A DNA stretch of 64,000 nucleotides from the sequence record OQ845957.1; one strand, given 5' to 3'. The DNA comes from Escherichia phage pEC-M719-6WT.1. Within the stretch, counting starts at the first letter, position 1; every line of letters starts with the position of its first letter. Position numbers and translations under genes: made by a program. The notes beneath the pieces are model-generated. The model was given only the letters and a program-made list of their open reading frames with translations, searched no databases and had not been told where the DNA came from. Shown here one piece after another: positions 28,779 to 38,360 of this stretch.

Positions 28779-29660
28779 ATGAAAACTATTATTAGCGTAC
28801 TGTTGCAATCACAGAAAAAAGGTGCTTACCAAGAAGAGTTCAACATTATCCAGTTCCCGTCTGGAGAAATTGGTGGTAACTTCCCTGAAGACCTTGTAAC
28901 CTATGCTGAAGAGAACGCTTCCCAGATTGAGAACGTAATCTTCACTGTACGGGGTTACGACAAAGACACTCTGTTTGCTTTAGCTCTGGCAAAAGAGGCA
29001 ATCGACAAAATGATTCCTCAGAAAGCAACTATGAAGACTGTCATCTTTGCTTATCTTCCAAATGCTCGATATGACCGTCACATGTTTAAAGGTGATGCAG
29101 CAGCACTGAAAGTGTTTGCTAATCTGGTTAATGCAATGGATTTTGATGCAGTATGTGCTCTGGATGCTCACAGTGACGTTGCAGACAACCTGTTCAAATG
29201 CTTCCAGAACATCCATCAAAAAGATGTTGCAGCACACTATGCCAGTGAGCCTACCATTGATTTCTTGGTAGCACCAGATGCAGGGGCAGCTAAGAAGATT
29301 GCAGAGACCGCTAAAGAGGTTGATAAGCCTTATGTAACAATGGCTAAGGTTCGAGACCTGAAGACTGGTGAGATTACGGGTATGCGTCTCCTTGATGATG
29401 TAGACCTGACTGGTAAAACTGTGCTAATCATTGATGATATCTGTGATGGTGGTCGTACATTCATCGAAGCAGCTAAGTATCTACGTGAAGCTGGAGCAGC
29501 TAAAGTTGAATTGTATGTAACACATGGTATTTTCTCAAAAGGTGTTGAAAACCTGCTTGACAATGGGATTTCACACATCTACACTACAGACTCTTTAGGT
29601 AGTGCAAAAGACCGTGGCATTACTCATTTCGGTCAAGTAACTGTAGCAAACATTGAATAA
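28779..29660 (+). CDS. ribose-phosphate pyrophosphokinase family protein (Prs-like; candidate ADPR-pyrophosphate synthetase)
   Basis: 293 aa; PRPP-binding loop VLIIDDICDGGRT; directly upstream of Nampt-like gene. Confidence 0.7.
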   Translation: MKTIISVLLQSQKKGAYQEEFNIIQFPSGEIGGNFPEDLVTYAEENASQIENVIFTVRGYDKDTLFALALAKEAIDKMIPQKATMKTVIFAYLPNARYDRHMFKGDAAALKVFANLVNAMDFDAVCALDAHSDVADNLFKCFQNIHQKDVAAHYASEPTIDFLVAPDAGAAKKIAETAKEVDKPYVTMAKVRDLKTGEITGMRLLDDVDLTGKTVLIIDDICDGGRTFIEAAKYLREAGAAKVELYVTHGIFSKGVENLLDNGISHIYTTDSLGSAKDRGITHFGQVTVANIE

Positions 29661-29670
29661 AAACTTTAAA

Positions 29671-29694
29671 GGGGCTGCATAGCCCCCACTTTGA
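29671..29694 (+). terminator. hairpin, weak terminator
   Basis: GGGGC-TGCATA-GCCCC hairpin with poor U-tract. Confidence 0.3.
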
Positions 29695-29707
29695 GAGAGA
29701 CAAGAAG

Positions 29708-31534
29708 ATGACTAAATCAATCTACGCAGTTCCAGCAGGTCTTAATGCAGATGCCTACAAAGCAGGTCACGTCTACCAGTATCCAAGTGCTACACAGTAT
29801 TTGATGCTGAACCTTACACCTCGTGGTGATAAGTGGTTTAACAGCCCCTTAGAAGTTGACGGTGTAGTTGCTTTCGGTATTCAACGTTTCGTTAAAGATT
29901 ACTTAGTAGACCATTGGAACGAAACTTTCTTCGAACGTGATAAGAAAGAGGCTGTTGATGAAATCTTGGAAATCATGAATGGTGTTCTTGGTGCAGATGC
30001 TATCAAGCGTCATCATTGGGAAGAACTTCACGACTTGGGTTATCTGCCAGTTGCAGTGTACTCTGTTGAAGAAGGTACAATCGTTCCTATGCGTGTTCCA
30101 ATGATTATCTTCAAAAATACCGTTGAAGGTTTCCATTGGGTAGCTGGTTATCTGGAAGATGCTTTCTCTGCTGAAATCTGGAAAGCTTGTACCATTGCCA
30201 CTATTGCACTGCATTACAAACGTATCTGTAAGTCTTGGGCTGAGAAGACCTGTGACAATGACTTCCATCTTCCTTGGCAGTGTCATGACTTTGCAATGCG
30301 TGGTATGTCTGGCTTCACAGATGATGCTTTCAATGCTGTAGGTCACCTGACCAGCTTTAAAGGCACTGATAGCTTCCCTGCTGTGTATACTGCTAAACGT
30401 GCATATGGTCAGTTCATGACTGTAAGTGATATTGGTAACTCTGTTCCAGCAACTGAACATTCCGTTATGTGTGCAAACATTTCATGGAATATGAAAGACC
30501 TGACAGAAGATAACATTCACTCACAGTACATCATGCAGTCTGATAGCTTGCTGGATGCTAAACGCTGGCGTGGAGAGGTTCAAACCTTTAAGCACCTGCT
30601 GGTAGATGTTTACCCAACTGGTATTGCAAGTGTTGTGTCCGATACTTACAACTTCTGGCGTACAGTTACAGAGATTCTTTCAGAACTCCGTGAAGTAATC
30701 TTGAATCGTGATGGTAAGCTGGTAATCCGTCCAGATTCTGGTGACCCTGTACACATTGTTACTGGTTATCGTGCAATTGAATGGGAAAATGCTAAGAGCA
30801 TGTATTACAAACACATGGCAACCATTTCTCCTGACAATACTTATCTGCTTGATGCAATCTTGAATTGTAACATGACAGATATGGGTTACGGTTTCTCTGC
30901 TTGGCTAATCTCTGAAGGTTATGAGTTAGTTGTTGATGCAGAAGACTTTAACGTTGCCGATACAGTTAACCTGAAAGAGACTTACAAGACTGGTAAAGTT
31001 GTTGTTAAACGTATGCTGACAGCAGAAATTGATGGTGCTATCAAGACTCTGTACAACATCTTTGGAGGCACTGTAAACTCTAAAGGTTACAAAGTTCTTG
31101 ATGAACACATTGGCTTAATCTACGGTGATTCTATCACTCTGGAACGTGCTGAAGAGATTCTTAGCCGTCTTGCTGAAAAGGGCTTTGCAAGTTCTAACGT
31201 TGTCTTTGGTGTTGGTTCATACACTTACCAGTACCTGACTCGTGATACCTTTGCATTCGCTGTTAAAGCAACTCTTGCACAGATGGATGGTGAAGAAATC
31301 ATGCTGGCAAAAGACCCTAAAACTGACAGTGGTCTGAAGAAGTCTGCTTTTGGTGGTGTAGTCCCTATGTGGGATGGTGATAAGCTGGAAGCTGTAGATG
31401 GTTTTGGTTTTGCAGAGTTTGAAAGTGTACTGGATAACCCTCAGTGTGCTCTGAAGCTGGTATTCTGTGACTCTCAGCCATATGGCTACGTTAACCTTTG
31501 TGATGTACGAAATGTTATTGACAGAGAGCTTTAA
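29708..31534 (+). CDS. nicotinamide phosphoribosyltransferase family protein (Nampt/Namat-like)
   Basis: 608 aa; N-terminal DAYKAGHVYQYP and FGVGSYTYQYLTRDTFAFAVKAT match Nampt signature regions. Confidence 0.7.
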   Translation: MTKSIYAVPAGLNADAYKAGHVYQYPSATQYLMLNLTPRGDKWFNSPLEVDGVVAFGIQRFVKDYLVDHWNETFFERDKKEAVDEILEIMNGVLGADAIKRHHWEELHDLGYLPVAVYSVEEGTIVPMRVPMIIFKNTVEGFHWVAGYLEDAFSAEIWKACTIATIALHYKRICKSWAEKTCDNDFHLPWQCHDFAMRGMSGFTDDAFNAVGHLTSFKGTDSFPAVYTAKRAYGQFMTVSDIGNSVPATEHSVMCANISWNMKDLTEDNIHSQYIMQSDSLLDAKRWRGEVQTFKHLLVDVYPTGIASVVSDTYNFWRTVTEILSELREVILNRDGKLVIRPDSGDPVHIVTGYRAIEWENAKSMYYKHMATISPDNTYLLDAILNCNMTDMGYGFSAWLISEGYELVVDAEDFNVADTVNLKETYKTGKVVVKRMLTAEIDGAIKTLYNIFGGTVNSKGYKVLDEHIGLIYGDSITLERAEEILSRLAEKGFASSNVVFGVGSYTYQYLTRDTFAFAVKATLAQMDGEEIMLAKDPKTDSGLKKSAFGGVVPMWDGDKLEAVDGFGFAEFESVLDNPQCALKLVFCDSQPYGYVNLCDVRNVIDREL

Positions 31535-31548
31535 ATAAGTATTATAAG

Positions 31549-31571
31549 AGGCTCCTACTGGAGCCTTTTTA
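31549..31571 (+). terminator. intrinsic terminator
   Basis: GGCTCC-TACT-GGAGCC hairpin plus TTTTT. Confidence 0.6.
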
Positions 31572-31587
31572 ATTTCTGGAGAATGTT

Positions 31588-31923
31588 ATGAAAATTAAGC
31601 AGATGAATGTCAATCTTGTCTTGGAAGAGAATTGGGATGACATTAAGCGTCCAGAGGATGGTCACAAGTTCATTAACAGCCTGATAGTAGCAGCCAGAGA
31701 TGAGCTACAAAGTGATATCCTTACCACAGTCACACTGAAAGTGTTTATTAAAGGTTTACCACAAAATCACCAATTAGCACTTGACCAATTCTTAGACGGG
31801 TTCTATAATCCGAACAAGAAAATACTTGAAGACAGTTTTGCAGTTTCTTCAAGCATTGTCCATGACAGAAGCTTCACACTTTATAAAACTGTTGGAGAAA
31901 AGTTATGCAAGGTTATTGGTTAG
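31588..31923 (+). CDS. hypothetical protein
   Basis: 111 aa ORF. Confidence 0.3.
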   Translation: MKIKQMNVNLVLEENWDDIKRPEDGHKFINSLIVAARDELQSDILTTVTLKVFIKGLPQNHQLALDQFLDGFYNPNKKILEDSFAVSSSIVHDRSFTLYKTVGEKLCKVIG

Positions 31924-32084
31924 AAGTTGCTCTTTCACTAGGTTGCATTGTTGCTATTGCAGTGGTACTTTGTAAGTACTTTGCAGAGACCGAACCTTGT
32001 GAAGAGTGTGAAGGAACTGGTGTAGTAGGTATGGGGCATTGTTGCCCTCACTGTAATGGTTCGGGAAAGAAATTTAAAAAATAA
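31905..32084 (+). CDS. small membrane-anchored zinc-finger protein
   Basis: 59 aa (below ORF-track cutoff); hydrophobic helix then CEECEGTG...CPHCNGSG (DnaJ-like CxxCxGxG pair); GGAGAAAAG RBS. Confidence 0.3.
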   Translation: MQGYWLEVALSLGCIVAIAVVLCKYFAETEPCEECEGTGVVGMGHCCPHCNGSGKKFKK

Positions 32085-32148
32085 TTTGACAGGGCTATAC
32101 AGTTTTCTGCATAGCCTCTTAACCAAAACAACATAGAGGAATATAGTT

Positions 32149-34524
32149 ATGCGCATGGTAAATGACCACGCAGAAGTAATTAAGAGTTCAACCACGTTAG
32201 AGACTGCTCAAGCATCGATTACCATGACTCCTGAGATGTTTAGTCTTCTGAGTTCTGGTGTATACACACATAAGGAACGTGCTGTAATTCGTGAGCTTTC
32301 CTGTAATGCTGTAGATGCTCATGTAGAAGCTGGAAATCCAGATAAACCATTCAGGGTTCACTTACCAACTCGTTTTGAACCTTACTTTGAAGTACGAGAT
32401 TTTGGGACTGGTTTAACACACGATAAAGTAATGTCTCTGTATCTCAACTACGGAGAATCAACAAAGAATGATTCTAATGATTACATTGGTGCAATGGGTA
32501 TTGGTTCAAAGTCACCCTTTGCAATTGCTCAATCATTCACTGTGTCAAGCTATGTAGATGGTGTTGTAAACAAGTATTCTGTATATCTGGAAAACGGTAT
32601 TCCGAGGGTTACTAAACTGACAACTAACCCTACTGTTGAACCAAACGGATTAGCTGTACGTGTAGCAGTTTCTGACCAACGTATCAGCAAGTTTGCAGAT
32701 GAAGCAAGTAACGTATTCTCTTACTTCAAAGTAAAACCGGAATGTAACATTAAGTATCGTGATATCCTTGCAGAGATGACTTCAATCTCTCGTGAAGCAA
32801 ATGTCTACGATGCTATGAAGTACAAAGAGAACTGGCGTTCAAGCAACAACGTAGTTAACTTTAACGTGGTCATGGGTAATATTGCATACCCTGTTGATGT
32901 ACCAACTTTGTTTGAAGGTAACTATGCAGATGCTGTTCCACAGTTCTTCAGGAATGCAGTAGACCTTGTTAACATCTATATGCCAATTGGTTCAGTAGCT
33001 ATTGCTGCATCTCGTGAAGCACTACAGATGAATGAGGCAACTAAACAGAAGATTATTGATGCTGTTAACCGTATCACAGAGACTATTGTTGCAGACGTTA
33101 TTAAGGCTGTTGCTGATAAGCCAACTTTGCTGGATGCTGCACAAGCTTATAGTGACATGTTTAAAGATTCTCGTGAAATCTTCATGCACGTTCAAAACAA
33201 GCTTGAGTGGAATGGTCAGAACTTAGCAGAACTTGACAGAAAACTTAACAGTATTCGTCGTGGTCAGTTAACTGAAGCAGATGGTTCACCGTCATTTATG
33301 AAGAATGATGCAGGTGATTTCATGCTTGATAAAGATGGTAATAAGATTCCTAACATTGGGAACCTATATGAACCAGTAGCTTATTATAAGTTTAGCAGTC
33401 TTGAGAACCGTATACGTGCAACTTCAGCAACTTATACACAAGACTCTTCAATGTTCAATATCTTCAGTGGTATGAGCAAAGATAAACTGTATAACTACAT
33501 GTTTATGATTAATGACCGTCGAAACAAAAACGGTACTGAGAAGACAACTGGTAAGAATCAGATTATCCGTGGAGCTTGCCGTGACCGTGAACTTGAAGAA
33601 CCTAAGTTCCGTCGCTACAATGGTATAGTTTTCATGTTTAGTTCTGAAGAACAATTGGATGACTTTATCAAGCTTCATATGCTGGATAAGAGCTTGCTTA
33701 ATATTGTCACAATGTCTTCTAAAGAGCACCACTATGTTAAGCGTACCGTTGTACGTGGTGTTGTTAAGCTGTATAAAGCATTCATGGATAGTACACCACG
33801 GATTGCCTATACAGAAGTGAAAGAGAACTTTGATGATATTGAAGAACCTCAATATTACATCAAGGCACAAAGTGATACTGTTGTGGGTGATATCTTCAGT
33901 TGTTCCCCAGAGACAGCAGCAAAACTGACTGCTCAACTTATTGGACAACCTGTGTATGTCTTCCGTAAGGCTAACTGGAAGAAAGTACCTGAAGATTGGA
34001 TTGAAATCAGTGACCAAGTTTTCAAAGATTTTATTGACAGCAGTTATTGGGTTGATTATAATCGCTACCTCACTCACCAGTACATGAGTGGAAGTAAAGG
34101 TACTAGCATTCTTGACTGTAATGTTATCTCAAGAAACTTCACATTTAAGGATAAGAAGATTTCTAAAGGTTACGTGTACAGCAAAGACTTTGAGAAGGTA
34201 ATGTTCCTTGAAGGGAATGAAGAAGCAATTGAGGATGTATTCGGTCGAATCGCCTACACTGCTGCACCTATTGCTTACATGTTTGAGACAAGTGTTTTAA
34301 ATGACATTCGTCGTCACACAAAGAGTGGAAGCAAAATTAACAAGAGTCTAAAGAAAGCTAAGAACCATATGGAGAAGAAACTTGAAGTTTATTTCTCTAA
34401 AAGAAAGTCAAAAAACTTCTTGCTTTCACATCTTGATTGGGGTAAAGTAAGCCCTGTTGAAGTGAGTAACTTCTTAGGTCACCAAGTCCGGTCAATCCCT
34501 TCAGATACAACTGCTTGGGACTAA
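32149..34524 (+). CDS. GHKL-type ATPase protein, rIIA-like
   Basis: 791 aa; Bergerat-fold motifs ELSCNAVDAH, DFGTGLT, GAMGIGSKSPF at N-terminus. Confidence 0.45.
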   Translation: MRMVNDHAEVIKSSTTLETAQASITMTPEMFSLLSSGVYTHKERAVIRELSCNAVDAHVEAGNPDKPFRVHLPTRFEPYFEVRDFGTGLTHDKVMSLYLNYGESTKNDSNDYIGAMGIGSKSPFAIAQSFTVSSYVDGVVNKYSVYLENGIPRVTKLTTNPTVEPNGLAVRVAVSDQRISKFADEASNVFSYFKVKPECNIKYRDILAEMTSISREANVYDAMKYKENWRSSNNVVNFNVVMGNIAYPVDVPTLFEGNYADAVPQFFRNAVDLVNIYMPIGSVAIAASREALQMNEATKQKIIDAVNRITETIVADVIKAVADKPTLLDAAQAYSDMFKDSREIFMHVQNKLEWNGQNLAELDRKLNSIRRGQLTEADGSPSFMKNDAGDFMLDKDGNKIPNIGNLYEPVAYYKFSSLENRIRATSATYTQDSSMFNIFSGMSKDKLYNYMFMINDRRNKNGTEKTTGKNQIIRGACRDRELEEPKFRRYNGIVFMFSSEEQLDDFIKLHMLDKSLLNIVTMSSKEHHYVKRTVVRGVVKLYKAFMDSTPRIAYTEVKENFDDIEEPQYYIKAQSDTVVGDIFSCSPETAAKLTAQLIGQPVYVFRKANWKKVPEDWIEISDQVFKDFIDSSYWVDYNRYLTHQYMSGSKGTSILDCNVISRNFTFKDKKISKGYVYSKDFEKVMFLEGNEEAIEDVFGRIAYTAAPIAYMFETSVLNDIRRHTKSGSKINKSLKKAKNHMEKKLEVYFSKRKSKNFLLSHLDWGKVSPVEVSNFLGHQVRSIPSDTTAWD

Positions 34525-34602
34525 ACAAAAGCTTGACGGGGGCTGAAAAGCCCCTTAGGATACGAAACACAAACTTTTAAACAATAAAGAGAGAGATTTA
34601 AA

Positions 34603-35712
34603 ATGACTACTAAGACTAAAGCACAAATTGATGCAGAAATCTATGCACTGGTTCAGGAAGGTAAACTGACCAAAACCGCCATTGCAATGAAGTATAACAC
34701 TTCTACTCGTTCCGTTGGTCGTGCTGTAGAACGTCACGAAGCAACACTGAAAGGTGCTAAGAAAGCAACTTCCAAGCCAGCTAAACAGACTCTGAAACAG
34801 ATTGCAAAGTCTGCTAAGAAGACGGCTACTAAGCCAGTTGCCAAGGCTGTTAAAGAGGCAGTGAAGAAAGAGCCTGTTAACCAACTGCACGAAGCAATGC
34901 AGAATGGTAACCAGATTGAGTACATGATTACTGGTGATTCTGTTATCATGACTTTCGGTGCAGATTCTGAAATCGTAGAGTCTACCCATCCGAACTACAA
35001 AGAAATCGTGATGGCTGTTGTAGGTGGTGAGTACAAGAAAGCTTTCGAACTGATGAACATTCGTAAGTCTATCGAGAACTTCACTCAGGGTGCAATCACT
35101 ATCAAAGGTGATAACCTGTACTACGGTGCTGTTCAAATGCGCTCCACTCTGGTAGACCGTATTCTGGACATGATGAAAGTTGGTGATGATGGCTTTAAAC
35201 GTCTGGTAGCATTCTTCGAAAAACTGATGGAAAACCCATCCAAAGATTCTGTAGAACAACTTTGGGGTTTTGTGTCTCACCTCGATGTTGAGATTGATGA
35301 AGAAGGTTATATCATCGGTTGGAAGAAAGTTACAACTCGTGGTGGTAAGCTGTTTGACTCCCGTACCTGCAAAGTTCCTAATGATTTGGGTAACGTTGTA
35401 GAGATGCCACGCTGGATGGTTGATAATGACCGTACAGTAACTTGCTCTCAAGGTCTGCACGTTGGTGCTTGGGGTTATGTACGTAGCTTCTCTGGTGATA
35501 CTATCCTGAAAGTTCGTGTACATCCACGAGACGTTGTATCTGTACCAACTGACTATAAAGATATGAAAATGCGAGCTTCCCGTTATGAAGTTGCAGCAAT
35601 CGTGAATGGTCAGCGTCAGGTTGTCAAAGAGTGGGATGGCAAATCTGAAGCACTGCATATTGTTGTAGGTACTGCTGGTGAACTGATTTCTCAGCGTAAA
35701 CGTGAAATCTGA
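34603..35712 (+). CDS. hypothetical protein, possible rIIB-like partner
   Basis: 369 aa directly downstream of GHKL ATPase; assignment by position only. Confidence 0.25.
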   Translation: MTTKTKAQIDAEIYALVQEGKLTKTAIAMKYNTSTRSVGRAVERHEATLKGAKKATSKPAKQTLKQIAKSAKKTATKPVAKAVKEAVKKEPVNQLHEAMQNGNQIEYMITGDSVIMTFGADSEIVESTHPNYKEIVMAVVGGEYKKAFELMNIRKSIENFTQGAITIKGDNLYYGAVQMRSTLVDRILDMMKVGDDGFKRLVAFFEKLMENPSKDSVEQLWGFVSHLDVEIDEEGYIIGWKKVTTRGGKLFDSRTCKVPNDLGNVVEMPRWMVDNDRTVTCSQGLHVGAWGYVRSFSGDTILKVRVHPRDVVSVPTDYKDMKMRASRYEVAAIVNGQRQVVKEWDGKSEALHIVVGTAGELISQRKREI

Positions 35713-35728
35713 TAAGTAAATTCTTAAA

Positions 35729-35752
35729 GGGCTGCTTCGGCAGCCTTTTTTA
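35729..35752 (+). terminator. intrinsic terminator
   Basis: GGCTG-CTTCG-GCAGCC hairpin plus TTTTTT. Confidence 0.6.
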
Positions 35753-35812
35753 TTTGTGTTTTGTGCAGAGTAGTGTATAATTACCCCTATGTTTAATAAA
35801 ATAGGAGAACCA

Positions 35813-36361
35813 ATGAAGAAATTCATTTTAGGTTTGTGCTTACTTTTTACAGCACAAGTAGCTGTGGCAACTGACTGCCCTGAGTTAACTATCGGCCAGA
35901 AAGTAAACATGCTTAAAGCTTACAACTATGGCGAAAACAAAATGGGAAAAGGTTGGGGCATTACACTTGCAGCTATAGCCTTACAAGAGTCAGAGTTAGG
36001 TCTTAACCTAGAAAATAGAAAGACACATGATTATGGCATCTTCCAGAATCACTTGAAGACTGTTGTAAAGCGTAACAAAGTTAACCCTAATGTAGCTAGG
36101 AAGAAGCTTATCAGAGACTTTCAATATGCTGCACAGGAGACTCACAAAGAACTTGAATTCTGGACTAAGGTACATGGTACACCAAAAGGGAAGAAGTCTC
36201 TTAAAAAGGTGTTAGCCTCTTACAATGCAGGATATAGCTACAGCATCCCAAAAGCTAGACAGTACTCTAAAGATGTGTATAATAATATGAAAGTGCTTGC
36301 TCAATGTGAGTTTGCAACAAACATTCAAAAGGTAAAACATGAGCGTATTAAGTCAATCTGA
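35813..36361 (+). CDS. secreted lytic transglycosylase-like protein
   Basis: Signal peptide MKKFILGLCLLFTAQVAVA; ALQESELG ... YGIFQ resembles SLT-domain catalytic region. Confidence 0.4.
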   Translation: MKKFILGLCLLFTAQVAVATDCPELTIGQKVNMLKAYNYGENKMGKGWGITLAAIALQESELGLNLENRKTHDYGIFQNHLKTVVKRNKVNPNVARKKLIRDFQYAAQETHKELEFWTKVHGTPKGKKSLKKVLASYNAGYSYSIPKARQYSKDVYNNMKVLAQCEFATNIQKVKHERIKSI

Positions 36362-37034
36362 TAGTGTCCTGTGTCATGCTTATGACATTCAACCACTTGA
36401 CTTAGGTCTGAGTGCAGCAAGCTGGGCAGACTGGATGAAGGAAGATTTTGCAGACACCGCAAGGCTTGTTGAGTGTGAATTTGAAGAGTTCCATTCACCA
36501 AAATCTTTTGTCTGTTGTATAGATGTGACAACTAGAAAGGTTGTATCTGTAAAGCGTGACAGTTTGATACTTGTCGCAAAAGAATTTGACGTTAAACGTA
36601 AGATGGTGCTTACTGATATTGACGGTGTGCTAACACGATTTGATAAGTCACTGAATGCAACTTACTTGCAAGATGGTACTAAATCACAGTACACCAATCT
36701 GGTTGATTCTGTTCATGCAGAAGCTACTTATGTGTTTAACATCCTGAGAGCTATCTCAAAGAATGCTGATATTGGTGTATTAACTGCTCGTGGTGATTCA
36801 CAAAGAATCCCTACTGAGTTGTTTTTAAACGAACATCTTGACAGCATGTACTCACTCTTTATGCGAGGCTTTGGATGCAATAAGATGAGTGCAGAAAGTT
36901 TGAAAGTTCGTATGATTCAGTCTTGCATTCTCCCATACTATGACGTAGAATGTTTTATAGAAGATACAGTAAGGAATGTGCAGAAGGTTAATAGAATCCT
37001 TCCACATATTAAAACAATGATTGTTAAACACTAA
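36339..37034 (+). CDS. HAD-family phosphatase-like protein
   Basis: Motif MVLTDIDGVLT (DxDG[VT]) typical of HAD hydrolases/nucleotidases. Confidence 0.4.
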   Translation: MSVLSQSDSVLCHAYDIQPLDLGLSAASWADWMKEDFADTARLVECEFEEFHSPKSFVCCIDVTTRKVVSVKRDSLILVAKEFDVKRKMVLTDIDGVLTRFDKSLNATYLQDGTKSQYTNLVDSVHAEATYVFNILRAISKNADIGVLTARGDSQRIPTELFLNEHLDSMYSLFMRGFGCNKMSAESLKVRMIQSCILPYYDVECFIEDTVRNVQKVNRILPHIKTMIVKH

Positions 37035-37044
37035 GAGAGAAATC

Positions 37045-37509
37045 ATGCAAAACATTATCACTGTAGCAATTGATGCAACTGGTAACAAATCACAAGTTGT
37101 ACGTAACATCATCAAGGAAAACTTTGATGGTAAAATCTTTCGTGCAGTAAACGTTAAAGCTGACGGAGAAATCCGTGAATATCGTGCAATGCTTAACGTT
37201 ACTAAGCATGTCAAAGGTGTCGGTTCTACTACAGCACATAAAGAAAACCTGATGACCATCTATGACATGGGTATGGCTTCAGAGTTGGGTGCTAAAGGAA
37301 TTGTACAGTCCGGTGCTCCGTACCGCTCTTTCAATCTGGAAACTGCTCTTATGCTTTCCTTTACAAGTGGTTCACAAACTACCACATATCTCTTTACTGA
37401 TGCTGCAACGGTATCTGCCATTAAGGATAGCACTATCAAGGCTGGTGTAGCTGCTGCTGCAAAAGCTTCAACGATGGCTGCAAATGTCCTTGCTAAAGTC
37501 CTCGGTTAA
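37045..37509 (+). CDS. hypothetical protein
   Basis: Start at internal ATG (MQNIITV); Ala-rich C-terminus. Confidence 0.35.
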   Translation: MQNIITVAIDATGNKSQVVRNIIKENFDGKIFRAVNVKADGEIREYRAMLNVTKHVKGVGSTTAHKENLMTIYDMGMASELGAKGIVQSGAPYRSFNLETALMLSFTSGSQTTTYLFTDAATVSAIKDSTIKAGVAAAAKASTMAANVLAKVLG

Positions 37510-37522
37510 GGTTACTATATAG

Positions 37523-37543
37523 GCTCCTTCGGGAGCCTTTTTC
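37523..37543 (+). terminator. intrinsic terminator
   Basis: GGCTCC-TTCG-GGAGCC hairpin plus TTTTT. Confidence 0.6.
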
Positions 37544-37849
37544 GTTTATGTAAGGGGGTACATTATGATTAAAGTTATCAAGATAATACCATCATTGGTA
37601 ATGCTTATAGTAGGAGTAGGTATAATACTTATGCTTTGCCCTGCTTTTTGGCCTTTTATCTTATAAGATTCTAGGAGATTATTATGAAGTACAAAGTCTA
37701 CATTGTAATACAAGGTGTTGAGATTGCTATTGATATCTACTCTGACACAGATTCTGATGATGCTTATGAGCTTGAAGAAGAACTTAGAATGAAAGCCAAA
37801 CTATTATTCCCACATGCAGAATGCTGTTATCTTTAAGAGGGTGAGTTAA

Positions 37850-38197
37850 ATGACATTTAAAGAATTTTGTCAAGCTGCTTTCATAGTTGTTTTTCTGATT
37901 GGTGTAGGTGTCTGGGGAGGTTATTCTTACAAGGATTACCAAGTCACTCAGACAGAGTTGGCTAATCAGAAACTTATCAGTGTTGCTAAGGATGCTTACC
38001 AAGAGGGTTTAGCAAATCTTAGCTCCAGTTACAAAAATGATTTGAAAGACGTGCTTGCTAAAAACAAACACACAAAAGAGGTATTGACATATGAAAAGAC
38101 TAAGCCAGAGTTTTATAACATTTGTGCTACTGATACTTATGTCAGGGTGTTCAACGAACAAAGCGAACTTTACGTTCAAAAACTCCCAAGTAAGTGA
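37850..38197 (+). CDS. i-spanin-like protein (membrane anchor plus periplasmic coiled-coil)
   Basis: N-terminal TM helix; 3' end overlapped out of frame by a lipoprotein ORF (Rz/Rz1-like architecture). Confidence 0.35.
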   Translation: MTFKEFCQAAFIVVFLIGVGVWGGYSYKDYQVTQTELANQKLISVAKDAYQEGLANLSSSYKNDLKDVLAKNKHTKEVLTYEKTKPEFYNICATDTYVRVFNEQSELYVQKLPSK

Positions 38198-38360
38198 AAG
38201 TGATAAGTACACTCAAGAAGAATCACGCTATGTTGTCAAGGGTAATACAGGCACAGACCTGTCACAAGCCCTTGAATTTTATCGTGATGGGTACTATCAA
38301 TGTACGATGAAAGCAAATAATTTGATTGATATGATTTTGTTAGGGAATAAGCAGCAATGA
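38091..38360 (+). CDS. o-spanin-like outer-membrane lipoprotein
   Basis: Signal peptide with lipobox LMSGC (MKRLSQSFITFVLLILMSGC); embedded in 3' end of upstream gene in another frame. Confidence 0.4.
   Translation: MKRLSQSFITFVLLILMSGCSTNKANFTFKNSQVSESDKYTQEESRYVVKGNTGTDLSQALEFYRDGYYQCTMKANNLIDMILLGNKQQ

Noticed and set aside
32149-34524. Alternative calls for the GHKL ATPase: type II topoisomerase subunit, MutL or Hsp90
   Set aside because: No TOPRIM or DNA-gate region, no MutL C-terminal endonuclease motif and no Hsp90 middle domain were recognisable; rIIA-like remains the best guess, at moderate confidence.
34555-35910. 451-aa minus-strand ORF (and the 209-aa ORF at 33448-34077)
   Set aside because: Fully antisense to the rIIA-like and downstream plus-strand genes, which have motifs, RBSs and operon context; the antisense frames are low-complexity and Cys/Phe-rich, consistent with shadow ORFs.
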